Assembly (NCBI GenBank): GCA_965242925.1
Contig: CBDEUM010000022.1
Location: forward strand, 1 to 64,000
Length of the DNA stretch: 64,000 nt
DNA from: Roseibacillus sp.
Lineage (GTDB): Bacteria > Verrucomicrobiota > Verrucomicrobiia > Verrucomicrobiales > Akkermansiaceae
Reading direction: 5' to 3'
The notes under the pieces are model-generated. The model worked only from the letters and a program-made list of their open reading frames with translations, had not been told where the DNA came from and ran no database searches. Numbering within the stretch: the stretch's first letter is position 1; every line of letters starts with the position of its first letter. This document shows, piece after piece, positions 16,914-26,689 of the stretch. A program made the translations under genes and the position numbers.

Positions 16914-19900
16914 TCAGTCCGCATCTACTCCCACATTGTCGATCGAGAATCCGCTGAAGGAATCCAGACTCCCGTCACTGACGAAGTTCCATTCGATGAT
17001 GACATTCTCTCCGATGGCTTCCGGGACGACCGCTATGTTGAGCGTGACCCAGTCGATGTCAAAGATGGTCATATCCATGACAATTTCTGGGCCCAATTGA
17101 ACCTCATCTGTAGCACGCAGGAATCGCAGAACAGCCGTGTCGGCAAATCCATCGGCATCGCGGTAGACATCGAAGGTCACCTGCGCCGACGGCACGTTAC
17201 CCAGGTTAATCGCGGGCGACCGGAGGGAGATATCGGAATTCGGACCATAGTCTCCCAGATTCGTCGACCAGGCGTTGGCCGAGTTGCCCGCCCCGCTGAG
17301 CGGACCAGTCGTTCCCGACGGGATTCCCAATTCCCACAATGTATTGCGCTCCTGGTCGTCCTCCCGGGTTGTCCAGCCACCCTGCCCCGACTCGAAATCA
17401 TCAAAGAACAGAGGCGGGATGGGGCCTCCAATGAGCTTGTAGAATCGCACGGGATCCAATGGCTTCGGAATGGAGAGCACATTCCGCGGTGGGGTGCCTG
17501 CAATACCCTCCAACCCGGGAACCACCGACCAGGTGGAGGAATTGGGATTAGCCGCCAGGTCATTGGTGCTCACAATCGAGTACTCCTGACCAGCAAAGCT
17601 GTTCCAAGAAAACTCGAGATTCACACCACCGTCCGGACTGCTCACCTTAAACTGGTAGGCATCTATGGTTTCCGGAACGATGATAAGCGAACCCCAGCTA
17701 TCCCCGTTGGCATCGGTGTCGAATTCGGCCGGATCCCCGCTGCTCGCTCCAAAGACACCGGCATAACCAATCCCCCCGAAGTCGCTCACCGCGGAGGAAT
17801 CCCCATTGTAGTAACCGAAACCGATATCCGCGGCCGACTGGGCCCCGCCCCCGTCCTCCGACATCAGGATCCTGGCGTCAAACCAGCCCCCTCTTCCGAA
17901 GTTGTAACTCGCAAAACTGCGCTGGTTCCAGCCCGTGTTCTGGTGAACCACCGGAGCCGCGGTCTCGGCCAGATCCCTTGCACTGGCAATCGGAGTGACG
18001 GTCACCTGAACCCGGTCGTCATAGTTCTCGGTGAAGGTGAAGGTGCCATCGGTATCGTAGAACTGGAAGGTGAAGGCCAGGTCATGGTTGTCACCGGTGA
18101 GGTCAATGCCCCCATTCCCCGGTTCCCGGTCCACATCGATCGCAGTAATGATGGACGTATCCGGGTCATCGATCTCCCCTCTTGGTTCTTCCTCGTCGAT
18201 ATTCTGCGGCAGTTCCCCGGTAAAATCAGCTCCGGGCAGACCATCCGTCCGCCGGTAGAGAATGGATTCCGGAAGATGGAGCGCCCCGCTGGGAGCAAGT
18301 GGTGATCGCGGATGTGAATCCTCGTCGTTCGGATCGAAACCGACTGAAACCTCGTCACCATCCGTAAACGTGTCACCATCGGTGTCCGGATCCAGAGGAT
18401 CACTTCCCGTGTCAGTCGGTCCATTGAAGACAGTCGTGTTCGTCTCTGCTCCATCCAGGAGACCGTCATCGTCGGTATCGGAATCCAACGGATTGGTTCC
18501 GGTGTCGTTGGCGTCCACGAAGGTCCCTGTCCCAGTCTCCACTCCATCCAGCAGCCCGTCGTTGTCGCTGTCCTCCAGAAGCGGATCGGTTCCGTTGCTC
18601 TTCTCCTCTCCATCACTGGAGCCGTCCCCGTCGGAATCCACCACCGTGGGATCGGTCCCGTCGGCAAACTCCACCGGATCATTCACCCCGTCACCGTCGA
18701 AGTCCCCAGAACCCAGCTGGGTCAGGTCATCCGGGAAAAACTGCTCCTCGTAGGAGTCGTCAATGCCGTCGCCGTCAGAGTCAGGACCAGGACCTGCTTC
18801 GGTCTCGATGGCCGAACCCCAACTCTCACCACTAGCGTCGGTGTCGAAGACCGCCAGGCCAGCACTGGCGCCGAAGCTAGGAACGTAACCGATGCCACCG
18901 AAGTCACCAGCACCGCCATTGCTTCCGGTTGCGTTGAATCCAAAACCGATGTCAGCCGCGGACTGGGCCCCGCCCCCGTCCTCAGTCATGATGATCCTGG
19001 CATCAAACCAGCCCCCACTTCCGAAGTCGTAGACAGCGTTGCTGCGCTGGTTCCAGCCCGTGTTCTGGTGAACCACCGCAGCGGCGGTCTCGGTCAGATC
19101 GGTGGAACCGGCAATCGGGGTGATGGTCACCTGAACCCGGTCGTCATAGTTCTCGGTGAAGGAGAACGATCCATCGGCATCGTAGAACTGGAAAGTGAAG
19201 GCCAGGTCATGGTTGTCACCGCTGAGATCAATGCCCCCGTTCCCAGGCTCCCGGTCCACATCGATCGCCTCGATGATGAAAGAATCCGGATCATCGAGCT
19301 CCCCGGCGGGGGCCTCAAGATCGATATTCTCCGGCAGGGCCCCGGTGAAATCCGCCCCGGGAAGATTGTCGGTGCGCCGGTAAAGAATCGCTCCTGGCAC
19401 GTGACTGATCCCGGCCACGCCCCCCGCACCAGGATTGGAGGCAGGGTCGGTGGGATCAAACCCGCCCGCAACCTCGGCACCGTCCAAGGTAAGGTCATCA
19501 TCAGTGTCCGCGTCCAGGGGATTGGTTCCGGTGTCGTTGGCGTCCACGAAGGTCCCTGTCCCAGTCTCCACTCCATCCAGCAGCCCGTCGTTGTCGCTGT
19601 CCTCCAGAAGCGGATCGGTTCCGTTGCTCTTCTCCTCTCCATCACTGGAGCCGTCCCCGTCGGAATCCACCACCGTGGGATCGGTCCCGTCGGCAAACTC
19701 CACCGGATCATTCACCCCGTCACCGTCGAAGTCCCCAGAACCCAGCTGGGTCAGGTCATCCGGGAAAAACTGCTCCTCGTAGGAGTCGTCAATGCCGTCG
19801 CCGTCAGAGTCAGGACCAGGACCTGCTTCGGTCTCGATGGCCGAACCCCAACTCTCACCACTAGCGTCGGTGTCGAAGACCGCCAGGCCAGCACTGGCGC

Positions 19901-21533
19901 CGAAGCTAGGAACGTAACCGATGCCACCGAAGTCACCAGCACCGCCATTGCTTCCGGTTGCGTTGAATCCAAAACCGATGTCAGCCGCGGACTGGGCCCC
20001 GCCCCCGTCCTCAGTCATGATGATCCTGGCATCAAACCAGCCCCCACTTCCGAAGTCGTAGACAGCGTTGCTGCGCTGGTTCCAGCCCGTGTTCTGGTGA
20101 ACCACCGCAGCGGCGGTCTCGGTCAGATCGGTGGAACCGGCAATCGGGGTGATGGTCACCTGAACCCGGTCGTCATAGTTCTCGGTGAAGGAGAACGATC
20201 CATCGGCATCGTAGAACTGGAAAGTGAAGGCCAGGTCATGGTTGTCACCGCTGAGATCAATGCCCCCGTTCCCAGGCTCCCGGTCCACATCGATCGCCTC
20301 GATGATGAAAGAATCCGGATCATCGAGCTCCCCGGCGGGGGCCTCAAGATCGATATTCTCCGGCAGGGCCCCGGTGAAATCCGCCCCGGGAAGATTGTCG
20401 GTGCGCCGGTAAAGAATCGCTCCTGGCACGTGACTGATCCCGGCCACGCCCCCCGCACCAGGATTGGAGGCAGGGTCGGTGGGATCAAACCCGCCCGCAA
20501 CCTCGGCACCGTCCAAGGTAAGGTCATCATCAGTGTCCGCGTCCAGGGGATTGGTTCCGGTGTCGTTGGCGTCCACGAAGGTCCCTGTCCCAGTCTCCAC
20601 TCCATCCAGCAGCCCGTCGTTGTCGCTGTCCTCCAGAAGCGGATCGGTTCCGTTGCTCTTCTCCTCTCCATCACTGGAGCCGTCCCCGTCGGAATCCACC
20701 ACCGTGGGATCGGTCCCGTCGGCAAACTCCACCGGATCATTCACCCCGTCACCGTCGAAGTCCCCAGAACCCAGCTGGGTCAGGTCATCCGGGAAAAACT
20801 GCTCCTCGTAGGAGTCGTCAATGCCGTCGCCGTCAGAGTCAGGACCAGGACCTGCTTCGGTCTCGATGGCCGAACCCCAACTCTCACCACTAGCGTCGGT
20901 GTCGAAGACCGCCAGGCCAGCACTGGCGCCGAAGCTAGGAACGTAACCGATGCCACCGAAGTCACCAGCACCGCCATTGCTTCCGGTTGCGTTGAATCCA
21001 AAACCGATGTCAGCCGCGGACTGGGCCCCGCCCCCGTCCTCAGTCATGATGATCCTGGCATCAAACCAGCCCCCACTTCCGAAGTCGTAGACAGCGTTGC
21101 TGCGCTGGTTCCAGCCCGTGTTCTGGTGAACCACCGCAGCGGCGGTCTCGGTCAGATCGGTGGAACCGGCAATCGGGGTGATGGTCACCTGAACCCGGTC
21201 GTCATAGTTCTCGGTGAAGGAGAACGATCCATCGGCATCGTAGAACTGGAAAGTGAAGGCCAGGTCATGGTTGTCACCGCTGAGATCAATGCCCCCGTTC
21301 CCAGGCTCCCGGTCCACATCGATCGCCTCGATGATGAAAGAATCCGGATCATCGAGCTCCCCGGCGGGGGCCTCAAGATCGATATTCTCCGGCAGGGCCC
21401 CGGTGAAATCCGCCCCGGGAAGATTGTCGGTGCGCCGGTAAAGAATATCGCCTGCAGAGTGAGTGAGGTCTGCCAGAGCGATCGGAGAGAACGTAATCAG
21501 AAAAACCGAACCAAGGGTAATATAAGATTTCAT
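16914..21533 (-). CDS. Large exported acidic repeat protein: four PA14-like domains with thrombospondin-3-like Ca-binding (DxDxDG) linkers and a C-terminal beta-sandwich domain
   Basis: Signal peptide MKSYITLGSVFLITFSPIALA; units with FQFYDADGSFSFTENYDDRVQV...GGWFDARIIMTEDGGGA; DSDGDGIDD, DFDGDGVND, DSDNDGLLDG repeats; C-terminal LFFDDFESGQGGW...WELGIP...LRSPAINL...GFSIDNV. Confidence 0.85.
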   Translation of the reverse strand: MKSYITLGSVFLITFSPIALADLTHSAGDILYRRTDNLPGADFTGALPENIDLEAPAGELDDPDSFIIEAIDVDREPGNGGIDLSGDNHDLAFTFQFYDADGSFSFTENYDDRVQVTITPIAGSTDLTETAAAVVHQNTGWNQRSNAVYDFGSGGWFDARIIMTEDGGGAQSAADIGFGFNATGSNGGAGDFGGIGYVPSFGASAGLAVFDTDASGESWGSAIETEAGPGPDSDGDGIDDSYEEQFFPDDLTQLGSGDFDGDGVNDPVEFADGTDPTVVDSDGDGSSDGEEKSNGTDPLLEDSDNDGLLDGVETGTGTFVDANDTGTNPLDADTDDDLTLDGAEVAGGFDPTDPASNPGAGGVAGISHVPGAILYRRTDNLPGADFTGALPENIDLEAPAGELDDPDSFIIEAIDVDREPGNGGIDLSGDNHDLAFTFQFYDADGSFSFTENYDDRVQVTITPIAGSTDLTETAAAVVHQNTGWNQRSNAVYDFGSGGWFDARIIMTEDGGGAQSAADIGFGFNATGSNGGAGDFGGIGYVPSFGASAGLAVFDTDASGESWGSAIETEAGPGPDSDGDGIDDSYEEQFFPDDLTQLGSGDFDGDGVNDPVEFADGTDPTVVDSDGDGSSDGEEKSNGTDPLLEDSDNDGLLDGVETGTGTFVDANDTGTNPLDADTDDDLTLDGAEVAGGFDPTDPASNPGAGGVAGISHVPGAILYRRTDNLPGADFTGALPENIDLEAPAGELDDPDSFIIEAIDVDREPGNGGIDLSGDNHDLAFTFQFYDADGSFSFTENYDDRVQVTITPIAGSTDLTETAAAVVHQNTGWNQRSNAVYDFGSGGWFDARIIMTEDGGGAQSAADIGFGFNATGSNGGAGDFGGIGYVPSFGASAGLAVFDTDASGESWGSAIETEAGPGPDSDGDGIDDSYEEQFFPDDLTQLGSGDFDGDGVNDPVEFADGTDPTVVDSDGDGSSDGEEKSNGTDPLLEDSDNDGLLDGVETGTGTFVDANDTGTNPLDSDTDDDGLLDGAETNTTVFNGPTDTGSDPLDPDTDGDTFTDGDEVSVGFDPNDEDSHPRSPLAPSGALHLPESILYRRTDGLPGADFTGELPQNIDEEEPRGEIDDPDTSIITAIDVDREPGNGGIDLTGDNHDLAFTFQFYDTDGTFTFTENYDDRVQVTVTPIASARDLAETAAPVVHQNTGWNQRSFASYNFGRGGWFDARILMSEDGGGAQSAADIGFGYYNGDSSAVSDFGGIGYAGVFGASSGDPAEFDTDANGDSWGSLIIVPETIDAYQFKVSSPDGGVNLEFSWNSFAGQEYSIVSTNDLAANPNSSTWSVVPGLEGIAGTPPRNVLSIPKPLDPVRFYKLIGGPIPPLFFDDFESGQGGWTTREDDQERNTLWELGIPSGTTGPLSGAGNSANAWSTNLGDYGPNSDISLRSPAINLGNVPSAQVTFDVYRDADGFADTAVLRFLRATDEVQLGPEIVMDMTIFDIDWVTLNIAVVPEAIGENVIIEWNFVSDGSLDSFSGFSIDNVGVDAD
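18490..21446. repeat. Intragenic tandem repeat, 1029-bp unit (343 codons), about 2.9 apparently identical copies
   Basis: Identical shadow ORFs recur at 1029-bp offsets (19127/20156; 18722/19751/20780; 19195/20224/21253). Identity begins at 18490 and ends at 21446. A diverged fourth PA14-like unit lies at about 17680-18280. Confidence 0.95.
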
Positions 21534-21997
21534 CAGGTCTAAGGAATTTGAGATTCACAGGCACATCGAGACATGGGCAACTGCGCATTTATGGACCAAA
21601 GCCAATTGACCGACACCACGACATTCAAGGCAAGAGCAATCTTGCTCCTTCCAGCTTCGATTCAGGCGGGGAGGGGGCCAGGGCTTCCCGGGGGGAACAA
21701 GCCCTCTCACCGGCCCCGTCACTAAACGATGCACGGAAAAAAGGCACCCCCCCTATGAGGTAAACCTTTCTGGAGAAATTGCCCCCGGGACAGCAGAAAG
21801 ACCTTCGCCTGCTCTCCTCACCCAGCTTCTTCCCCCGGTCTGCCTTCCTCCCGAACAGATCTCCTCCCCTTCATCGGGAACTGGAAGGCCATCGCAGCGC
21901 ATGACATTACCCATCAGGCAGATCCAAGAGGGCCTGCACCTGCAGGCAAAATCCAACGTGGCATCCCGGTCTTGCTCACGCTAGACAGGGTCACCGC

Positions 21998-22981
21998 ATG
22001 AGCCGCCCGAGAATTGCCGTTACAATGGGAGACCCCGCCGGGGTCGGTCCCGAGATCTGCCTCGACCTCCTGCAGAACGGGCAGGTAGCGGATCGCTGCA
22101 TTCCCATCGTCTTTGGCGATGCAAGGGTGCTGGACCGGTGCGCGGAAAAAACCGGAAAACCGGCACCTTCCAGGCTCCTTGAGTTGACGGAGTTGACCTC
22201 CGTGGACGCTCCCGCCGTTCTCGACCTGGAGGCCATCCATCCGGACCAGGTTGCTCCCGGGACGGTCAGTCCCGCCACCGGCGGAGCCACCTACCGCTAC
22301 CTCGTGGAGGCCATCGATGCCTGCCTGCGCGGTGAGGTTGACGCCATCACCACTGCTCCGGCCAACAAGGAAGCCCTCCACGAAGCCGGGATTTCCCAAC
22401 CGGGACAGACCGAGATTCTTGCCGAACGCACCGGAACGAAGCGCGCTTGCATGATGCTCACTTCCGATGTCCTCACCTGCAGCTTCGTGACCGTGCACGT
22501 CGGCTACCACGAAGTTCCGGCACTCCTCAACATCGAACGCATCCTCGACGTCATCGAACTCACTCACCAGTCCATGAAGCGACTTCGAGAGCGGGAACCG
22601 AAACTGGCGGTCTGCGGCCTCAATCCCCACGCCGGCGAAGGCGGACTCTTCGGGAACGGAGAAGAGGAGCGAATCATTACGCCTGCGATCGAGATGGCCC
22701 GATCCCGCTCCATCATGATCGAAGGGCCCCTTCCTCCCGACACCGCCTTCCTCGAAAAACGCCGCGAGACGACCGATGCCTTCATCTGCATGTATCACGA
22801 CCAGGGCCACATTCCTCTCAAGGCCCTCGCCTTCGACCGGGGCATCAACTGCACCCTTGGCCTGCCCATCGTCCGCACCTCGGTCGATCATGGCACTGCC
22901 CTCGACATCGCCTGGCAGGGAAAGGCCAATCCACGAAGCCTGGTGGAGGCGGTGACCCTCGCGGCCCGGCTCTGCCGCTGA
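21998..22981 (+). CDS. pdxA: 4-hydroxythreonine-4-phosphate dehydrogenase family (PdxA/PdxA2)
   Basis: IAVTMGDPAGVGPE, TAPANKE, VTVHV, GLNPHAGEGG, GPLPPDT, MYHDQGHIPLK, RTSVDHGTALDIA. Confidence 0.95.
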   Translation: MSRPRIAVTMGDPAGVGPEICLDLLQNGQVADRCIPIVFGDARVLDRCAEKTGKPAPSRLLELTELTSVDAPAVLDLEAIHPDQVAPGTVSPATGGATYRYLVEAIDACLRGEVDAITTAPANKEALHEAGISQPGQTEILAERTGTKRACMMLTSDVLTCSFVTVHVGYHEVPALLNIERILDVIELTHQSMKRLREREPKLAVCGLNPHAGEGGLFGNGEEERIITPAIEMARSRSIMIEGPLPPDTAFLEKRRETTDAFICMYHDQGHIPLKALAFDRGINCTLGLPIVRTSVDHGTALDIAWQGKANPRSLVEAVTLAARLCR

Positions 22982-23139
22982 CAGTCTCGCCTGTCCGGAA
23001 TCACTACAAGGACAGGGATTGCGGAGTCCGTGGCCCGATCACGCATGAAAGATTACCGGCCCCATAACCGTCTTCTTTCCCAGACAGAAGTTTGAACTCG
23101 GAAAACTTCCTCCCTTCCCTGAAAATCGACTCGGTTCCT

Positions 23140-23835
23140 ATGAAACTATCAATCAAGCAATGTCTCATCATGGCCACGGCCCTGGGGCTGGGATTCCTTC
23201 CTGCCCGGACGTGGACAAGCGCAGATGGATCAAAGTCCTTCGAGGGAAAACTCAAGGCCTATGATACCACCGCCGGAAAGGTCTCGGTCGCCGTCCGGAA
23301 TGGAAAAACGCTCACCTTCTCCATCGACAAGCTGTCGGAGGCGGACCGGAAGTTTTTGGCCGAGGAGGCGGGGAAACTGGACGGCACGGCGGAGAACAAG
23401 GCCGCGATGGAGGAATTTACCCGCACCGATATCGGCAAGGCCTTCACCAAGATGCAGATCCTGGAGGGCGAGGCCTTCGCTCCGCATGAATTTGAAAGCG
23501 TCCCGGATTACTTCATCCTCTACTACTCGGCCAGCTGGTGAGGCGGATGCGTGCAAGCCGCTCCACAGTTGGTGGAGTCCTACCAGAAAGACGTGGTCCC
23601 CAATCCCAAGGTTGAAATGATTCACCTCAGTCGTGACCGGGACAACGCGGCCGCGCTCAAATGGGCCAGGAACGATAAGCTCCCGTGGCCTACCATCATG
23701 AGGGATCAAATCGATGCGTCCCTCTTGACACACTACTCCAACAGGCTCCCGACCTACATCCTCATTGACCACGAGGGCAACAAGGTCGCGGAGGGAAAAG
23801 GGCCGGTCTGGTCCAAGCTCAAGACCATCAAGTAA
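23140..23835 (+). CDS. Predicted selenoprotein: signal peptide + SHD1-like domain + thioredoxin-like domain with a UxxC motif (Sec at 23539-23541)
   Basis: The two track ORFs 23092-23541 and 23551-23835 are in the same frame, separated by TGA GGC GGA TGC. Readthrough gives FILYYSASW-U-GGC-VQAAPQLV...VEMIHLSRD...LPW...RLPTYILIDHEG (231 aa). N-terminal RTWTSADG..FEGKL..GKV..KLSEADRKFL is SHD1-like. A downstream hairpin is present. Confidence 0.85.
23560..23578 (+). promoter_or_regulatory. Putative bacterial SECIS element of the thioredoxin-like selenoprotein
   Basis: G-CTCCAC-AGTTG-GTGGAG-T: six Watson-Crick pairs plus a G-U pair; the loop starts 25 nt after the UGA, with G at loop position 2. 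Confidence 0.7.
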
Positions 23836-23985
23836 GTCGCCCGTAGAAGCTATTGAGGAGGGTGCGATCCCGTCAGGGCAGCGACCCGGAACGGACTCCG
23901 TTTCACGCGCCCGGGGCAGGAACCCCTTCGCCATAACCTGTAAAATCCCTTCCGCTCTTCCTCCAACATGCTAGAACCAGCCATC

Positions 23986-25236
23986 ATGCATCGCCCCTGT
24001 TTTCCCGCCGGCCTCCGCCCTCTCCTTCTCACTCTGGCCCTCCCCGGCCTCTCCCTTCCCGCCTCCGCGCATGACTGGCCACAATGGCGCGGTCCCAATC
24101 GCGACGGACGCTCCCAGGAAACCAACCTCCTCAGGAAGTGGCCTGCGGATGGACCACCCCTGGCCTGGAAAGCCCGCACCGCTGGGACCGGTTTCTCAAG
24201 TATTTCAGTATCAAAGGGAACCATCTATACGCTGGGAGATCTCGCGGACGGCTGCCACGTGATCGCCCTCAAGGAAGCAGACGGGTCGCAGATCTGGAAG
24301 ACGAGGACCGGTGAATCAGGGGGACACAGGGGCTACCCCGGCCCGCGCAGCACTCCCACCGTGGACGGCGGCCAGATCTTCGCCCTCGACCAGCATTCCA
24401 ACCTCGTCTGCCTCGATGCCACGAACGGAGAGAAGGCCTGGTCGGTCAACCTGCAGGACAACTTCGGGGGTGAGATGATGTCGGGGTGGCGCTGGAGCGA
24501 GTCCCCCCTCGTTGATGGAGAGTCGGTGATCTGCACTCCCGGGGGGGCCAAGGGGACTGTCCTCGCTCTCAGTCGCAAGACCGGCAAGAAACTCTGGCAG
24601 ACCAGTGAATGGACCGACCCCGCCGGTTACTCCTCGGTCATCATTGCCACCATCCATGGCGTCCGCCAGTATGTCCAACTCACCGGCAAGAGTGTGGCGG
24701 GAATCGATCCCAAGTCCGGCAAGGTCCTCTGGAGAGCCGGGCGTTCCGGCAAGACAGCGGTCATCACCACCCCGGTGATCCGCGAAAACATCGTATGGGT
24801 GACTTCCGCCTACGGCGTGGGCTGTAACGCCTTCCGCATCGACAGGAAGGACGGGGAGTGGTCGACCGAGGAAATCCACTCCAGCCGGAAATTTGCCAAT
24901 CACCATGGCGGCGTGATCGAACTGAAGGGACACGTGTTCGGATCAAGTGGTGGAACCTTCGCCTGCATGGACATCAAGAGCGGCGAACTCGTCTACCGCG
25001 AGCGGAGCGCGGGCAAGGGAGCCACCGTCTACGCAGACGGGCACTTCTATCTGCGCAGTGAAAACGGTCCGGTGGCCCTTATCGAGGCCTCCTCCCAGGA
25101 ACTGAAGGAGGTGAGCAGCTTTGAACAGCCCGGACGCAGCGACAAGAAGGCCTGGCCCCACCCCGTGATCTCCAACGGCAAACTCTACCTCCGCGACCAG
25201 GATCTGCTTCTCTGCTACGACATTTCCGCCAAATAG
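23986..25236 (+). CDS. PQQ-binding-like beta-propeller repeat protein (exported)
   Basis: Signal peptide, DWPQWRGPNRDG, LLRKWPADGPPLAW, GPRSTPTVDG, SESPLVDG, WPHPVISNGKLYLRD; alternative start at 23968. Confidence 0.92.
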   Translation: MHRPCFPAGLRPLLLTLALPGLSLPASAHDWPQWRGPNRDGRSQETNLLRKWPADGPPLAWKARTAGTGFSSISVSKGTIYTLGDLADGCHVIALKEADGSQIWKTRTGESGGHRGYPGPRSTPTVDGGQIFALDQHSNLVCLDATNGEKAWSVNLQDNFGGEMMSGWRWSESPLVDGESVICTPGGAKGTVLALSRKTGKKLWQTSEWTDPAGYSSVIIATIHGVRQYVQLTGKSVAGIDPKSGKVLWRAGRSGKTAVITTPVIRENIVWVTSAYGVGCNAFRIDRKDGEWSTEEIHSSRKFANHHGGVIELKGHVFGSSGGTFACMDIKSGELVYRERSAGKGATVYADGHFYLRSENGPVALIEASSQELKEVSSFEQPGRSDKKAWPHPVISNGKLYLRDQDLLLCYDISAK

Positions 25237-25278
25237 CCGGAGACGCCCGGACCCTTCCCTGCTCCCCGTCCGAAAGGA

Positions 25279-26499
25279 TCAGGAACCATCCGCCAACCCG
25301 TCTCCGTTCTCGTCACGCACCCCGGAAAAGGGGTGCCAGGTCACGGCCTGCCAGGCAATCCGGCGGAAGGTCTGGTCCAGCTTCGCTCCCGGGAAGTCGC
25401 CCAGGTCGATCTTCTTCTTGATCAACTCCGGGGACCGCCGGTAGAGAGTGGCGTAAAACACGTAGCCTTCGAGCCACTCAAAACCAGGGCCGAGGTGCCC
25501 CAGTTTGTCTCTCCAGAGGGAACGCTTCTTGCCTCCCAGGGCGCGATGAAGTCCCTCCACGCCCGGAAGTTCGCCCCGCTCGAAGTATTGCGAGGCCAGG
25601 ACCATGGCATCACTGGTAGGAAGGACAAACACCCTGCCGGGATGCTTCCTGTTCAAGGCGGTAATAATCTCGCCATACATCTCATTCTTGAGTTTGCCCA
25701 GGCTGGCAATGGTCTCGGCCACAAATCCCTTTTCCGAATCGGGGATCTCTTCCAGGTGTTCGATCTGCGGCCAGGCATCGGAAAGATAGAACTTCATCCC
25801 GGGGTTGTGTTTCAGACAAAACTCCATCCAGCACAGGTAATATTCCGGCCGATCATGGAAGTAGGGCCCCCACATCATGGCCTCCCACTCCGCATTCGCA
25901 ATGGAGGCCAGCAGCTTGGGTTTGGGCTTTCCCTCGAACTGGAAGATTCCGTTCTCCTGTTCCCACTTGAAACGGGCGCTACCCGTCATCCCCCCCCCCG
26001 TATGCAGGTGAAGTGGTTGCTGGAACCCGGCCGCCTGACAGATTCTGGGGAGGGTCTTGTAACCGGGGCCCATGAAACTGTGGCCGGTCCCGACAATACG
26101 CAGGCCTCCGTCCTTCGGCTTGGGAAAGGAGGTCACCGGATTCCGTCCGGACCCGAGGACCTTGGCGTAGATTTCCCTGATCCTTGCCGGTGACTGGTAG
26201 CACACCGCGTGATCCGGGAACTTTTCCTTTTCCCATCCGGGATTCACCGGGAACGACCGCGCGGCCCCCCGCCGGGCCTGGGACCCGTCCTGTCCGCCTC
26301 CGCCCTGCACCTTGGCGCGGTATGCCAGGGCTTCCTCTATCGTGAGGATTCCGTCTCCATCGGCATCGGCCTTGGGAAACTGCTTCAGCAGGCGGGCCAG
26401 CTGCTCCTTGGAAGGATTGGCACGAGCCTCCCCGCCCAGTCCCACAAGAACGATCGAGCAGGCAGCGAAAAAGGCACAGAATCGAGGGTTGGGAGTCAT
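25279..26499 (-). CDS. Exported EF-hand + SGNH-like domain protein
   Basis: Signal-like MTPNPRFCAFFAACSIVLVGLGGEARA; EF-hand DADGDGILTIEE; IVGTGHSF and RDKLGHL SGNH-like blocks; start re-placed from 26856 to 26499. Confidence 0.7.
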   Translation of the reverse strand: MTPNPRFCAFFAACSIVLVGLGGEARANPSKEQLARLLKQFPKADADGDGILTIEEALAYRAKVQGGGGQDGSQARRGAARSFPVNPGWEKEKFPDHAVCYQSPARIREIYAKVLGSGRNPVTSFPKPKDGGLRIVGTGHSFMGPGYKTLPRICQAAGFQQPLHLHTGGGMTGSARFKWEQENGIFQFEGKPKPKLLASIANAEWEAMMWGPYFHDRPEYYLCWMEFCLKHNPGMKFYLSDAWPQIEHLEEIPDSEKGFVAETIASLGKLKNEMYGEIITALNRKHPGRVFVLPTSDAMVLASQYFERGELPGVEGLHRALGGKKRSLWRDKLGHLGPGFEWLEGYVFYATLYRRSPELIKKKIDLGDFPGAKLDQTFRRIAWQAVTWHPFSGVRDENGDGLADGS

Positions 26500-26689
26500 T
26501 TCCGCTCCATGCTCCATCTCTGGGGTCCGGCGTCCAATCAATTTGGCTGAATCGGGGCCCAATGCAGCCCACCCGGACGGCGGAAATCTGTTTCCTGCAA
26601 GTTCCCGACCCAGGGATGCCAAACGCCCGGCATTATTGGCTCGCCCCTCCGGATACCAGGAATCCAGAATCCGGCTCAGTCCCCACCCC

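Noticed and set aside
18490..21446. CRISPR array or insertion sequence as the source of the repeats
   Set aside because: The unit is 1029 bp, in frame and protein-coding, with no spacers, terminal inverted repeats or transposase.
19068..21542. 824-aa plus-strand ORF (and 17097-18305) overlapping the repeat protein
   Set aside because: Antisense shadow of a GC-rich gene, lengthened by the tandem repeat; no recognisable motifs.
22979..22981. Other TGA stops (pdxA, DUF885, NuoEF fusion, both PEP-CTERM genes) as extra selenocysteine codons
   Set aside because: They fall at the natural C-termini of their families, not at conserved Cys positions, with no homologous sequence continuing.
26312..26689. 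Long N-terminal extensions in the ORF track (e.g. 26312, 13141, 14049, 60680, 62428, and 26856 on the minus strand)
   Set aside because: They overlap neighbouring genes or precede clear signal peptides or family N-termini, so downstream ATGs were chosen.
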